This document shows, in pieces, positions 18,090 to 18,358 of a DNA stretch of 18,358 nt. The DNA is from an uncultured archaeon (GTDB lineage Archaea; Altiarchaeota; Altiarchaeia; JAFGQM01), in assembly GCA_964592405.1 (NCBI GenBank), contig CAZQBY010000001.1, positions 1-18,358 on the forward strand, written 5' to 3'. Below the pieces are notes generated by a model. It did no database searches. It was not told where the DNA came from and saw only the letters and a program-made list of their open reading frames with translations. Position numbers and translations under genes: made by a program. The stretch's first letter is position 1; every line of letters starts with the position of its first letter.

Positions 18090-18358
18090 CTACTTCTGCA
18101 GCAGCCGGTTCAGCCCGTTCACGAAAGCGTAGATGGCCGCCATGTTCACGTTTTCATGAACCCCACGCGAGAAGACACCATGATGCCTTTCATCCGATAT
18201 CTTTAGTGTCACATCTGCAAGGGCATCGCTTCCTCCTGTTATGGCATCCAAATGGAACTCATCCAGGGATATCTTACGCTCATCTATGGCTGCCTTTATG
18301 GCATTCAGACTGGCATCAACCGGACCGACACCATCCGCCTCTGCTTCCTTCAATTCAC
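18090..18358 (-). CDS. 2-isopropylmalate/citramalate synthase, C-terminal allosteric domain (partial, runs off window)
   Basis: GVGPVDA..NAI, L.EFHLDAITGGSDALA.V, and A..A.VNGLN motifs of the LeuA/CimA regulatory domain. Confidence 0.88.
   Translation of the reverse strand, partial: ELKEAEADGVGPVDASLNAIKAAIDERKISLDEFHLDAITGGSDALADVTLKISDERHHGVFSRGVHENVNMAAIYAFVNGLNRLLQK

Overview
Archaeal chromosomal window, probably from a DPANN-type lineage (inferred from RPA-radA, archaeal GHMP shikimate kinase, RNase HII with a PIP-like tail, many Cys-rich membrane-anchored orphans and mostly leaderless-looking genes). Left to right: a decayed IS200/IS605 tnpA with its right-end hairpin and a second IS-end-like hairpin; an unannotated 49-aa Cys-rich microprotein; a DEAD-box RNA helicase preceded by a ~90-nt four-way-junction RNA; a stand-alone ParB/Srx-domain protein; secreted/membrane orphans; an N-terminally truncated msrA; a large Cys/acidic surface protein; an Lrp/AsnC regulator; bacterial-type gdhA; aroC-flavoprotein-aroK; two tandem LppX/LolA-like membrane proteins; RPA-radA; a GNAT-like orphan; rnhB; and the 3' end of leuA/cimA. 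The best candidate for something undescribed is the helicase leader RNA (2141-2230, minus strand), with a perfect 11-bp closing stem, a C(UUCG)G hairpin, two T-loop/GNRA-like hairpins and duplicated strands that allow an alternative fold reaching the start codon. All assignments come from reading motifs by eye; no searches or folding programs were run.
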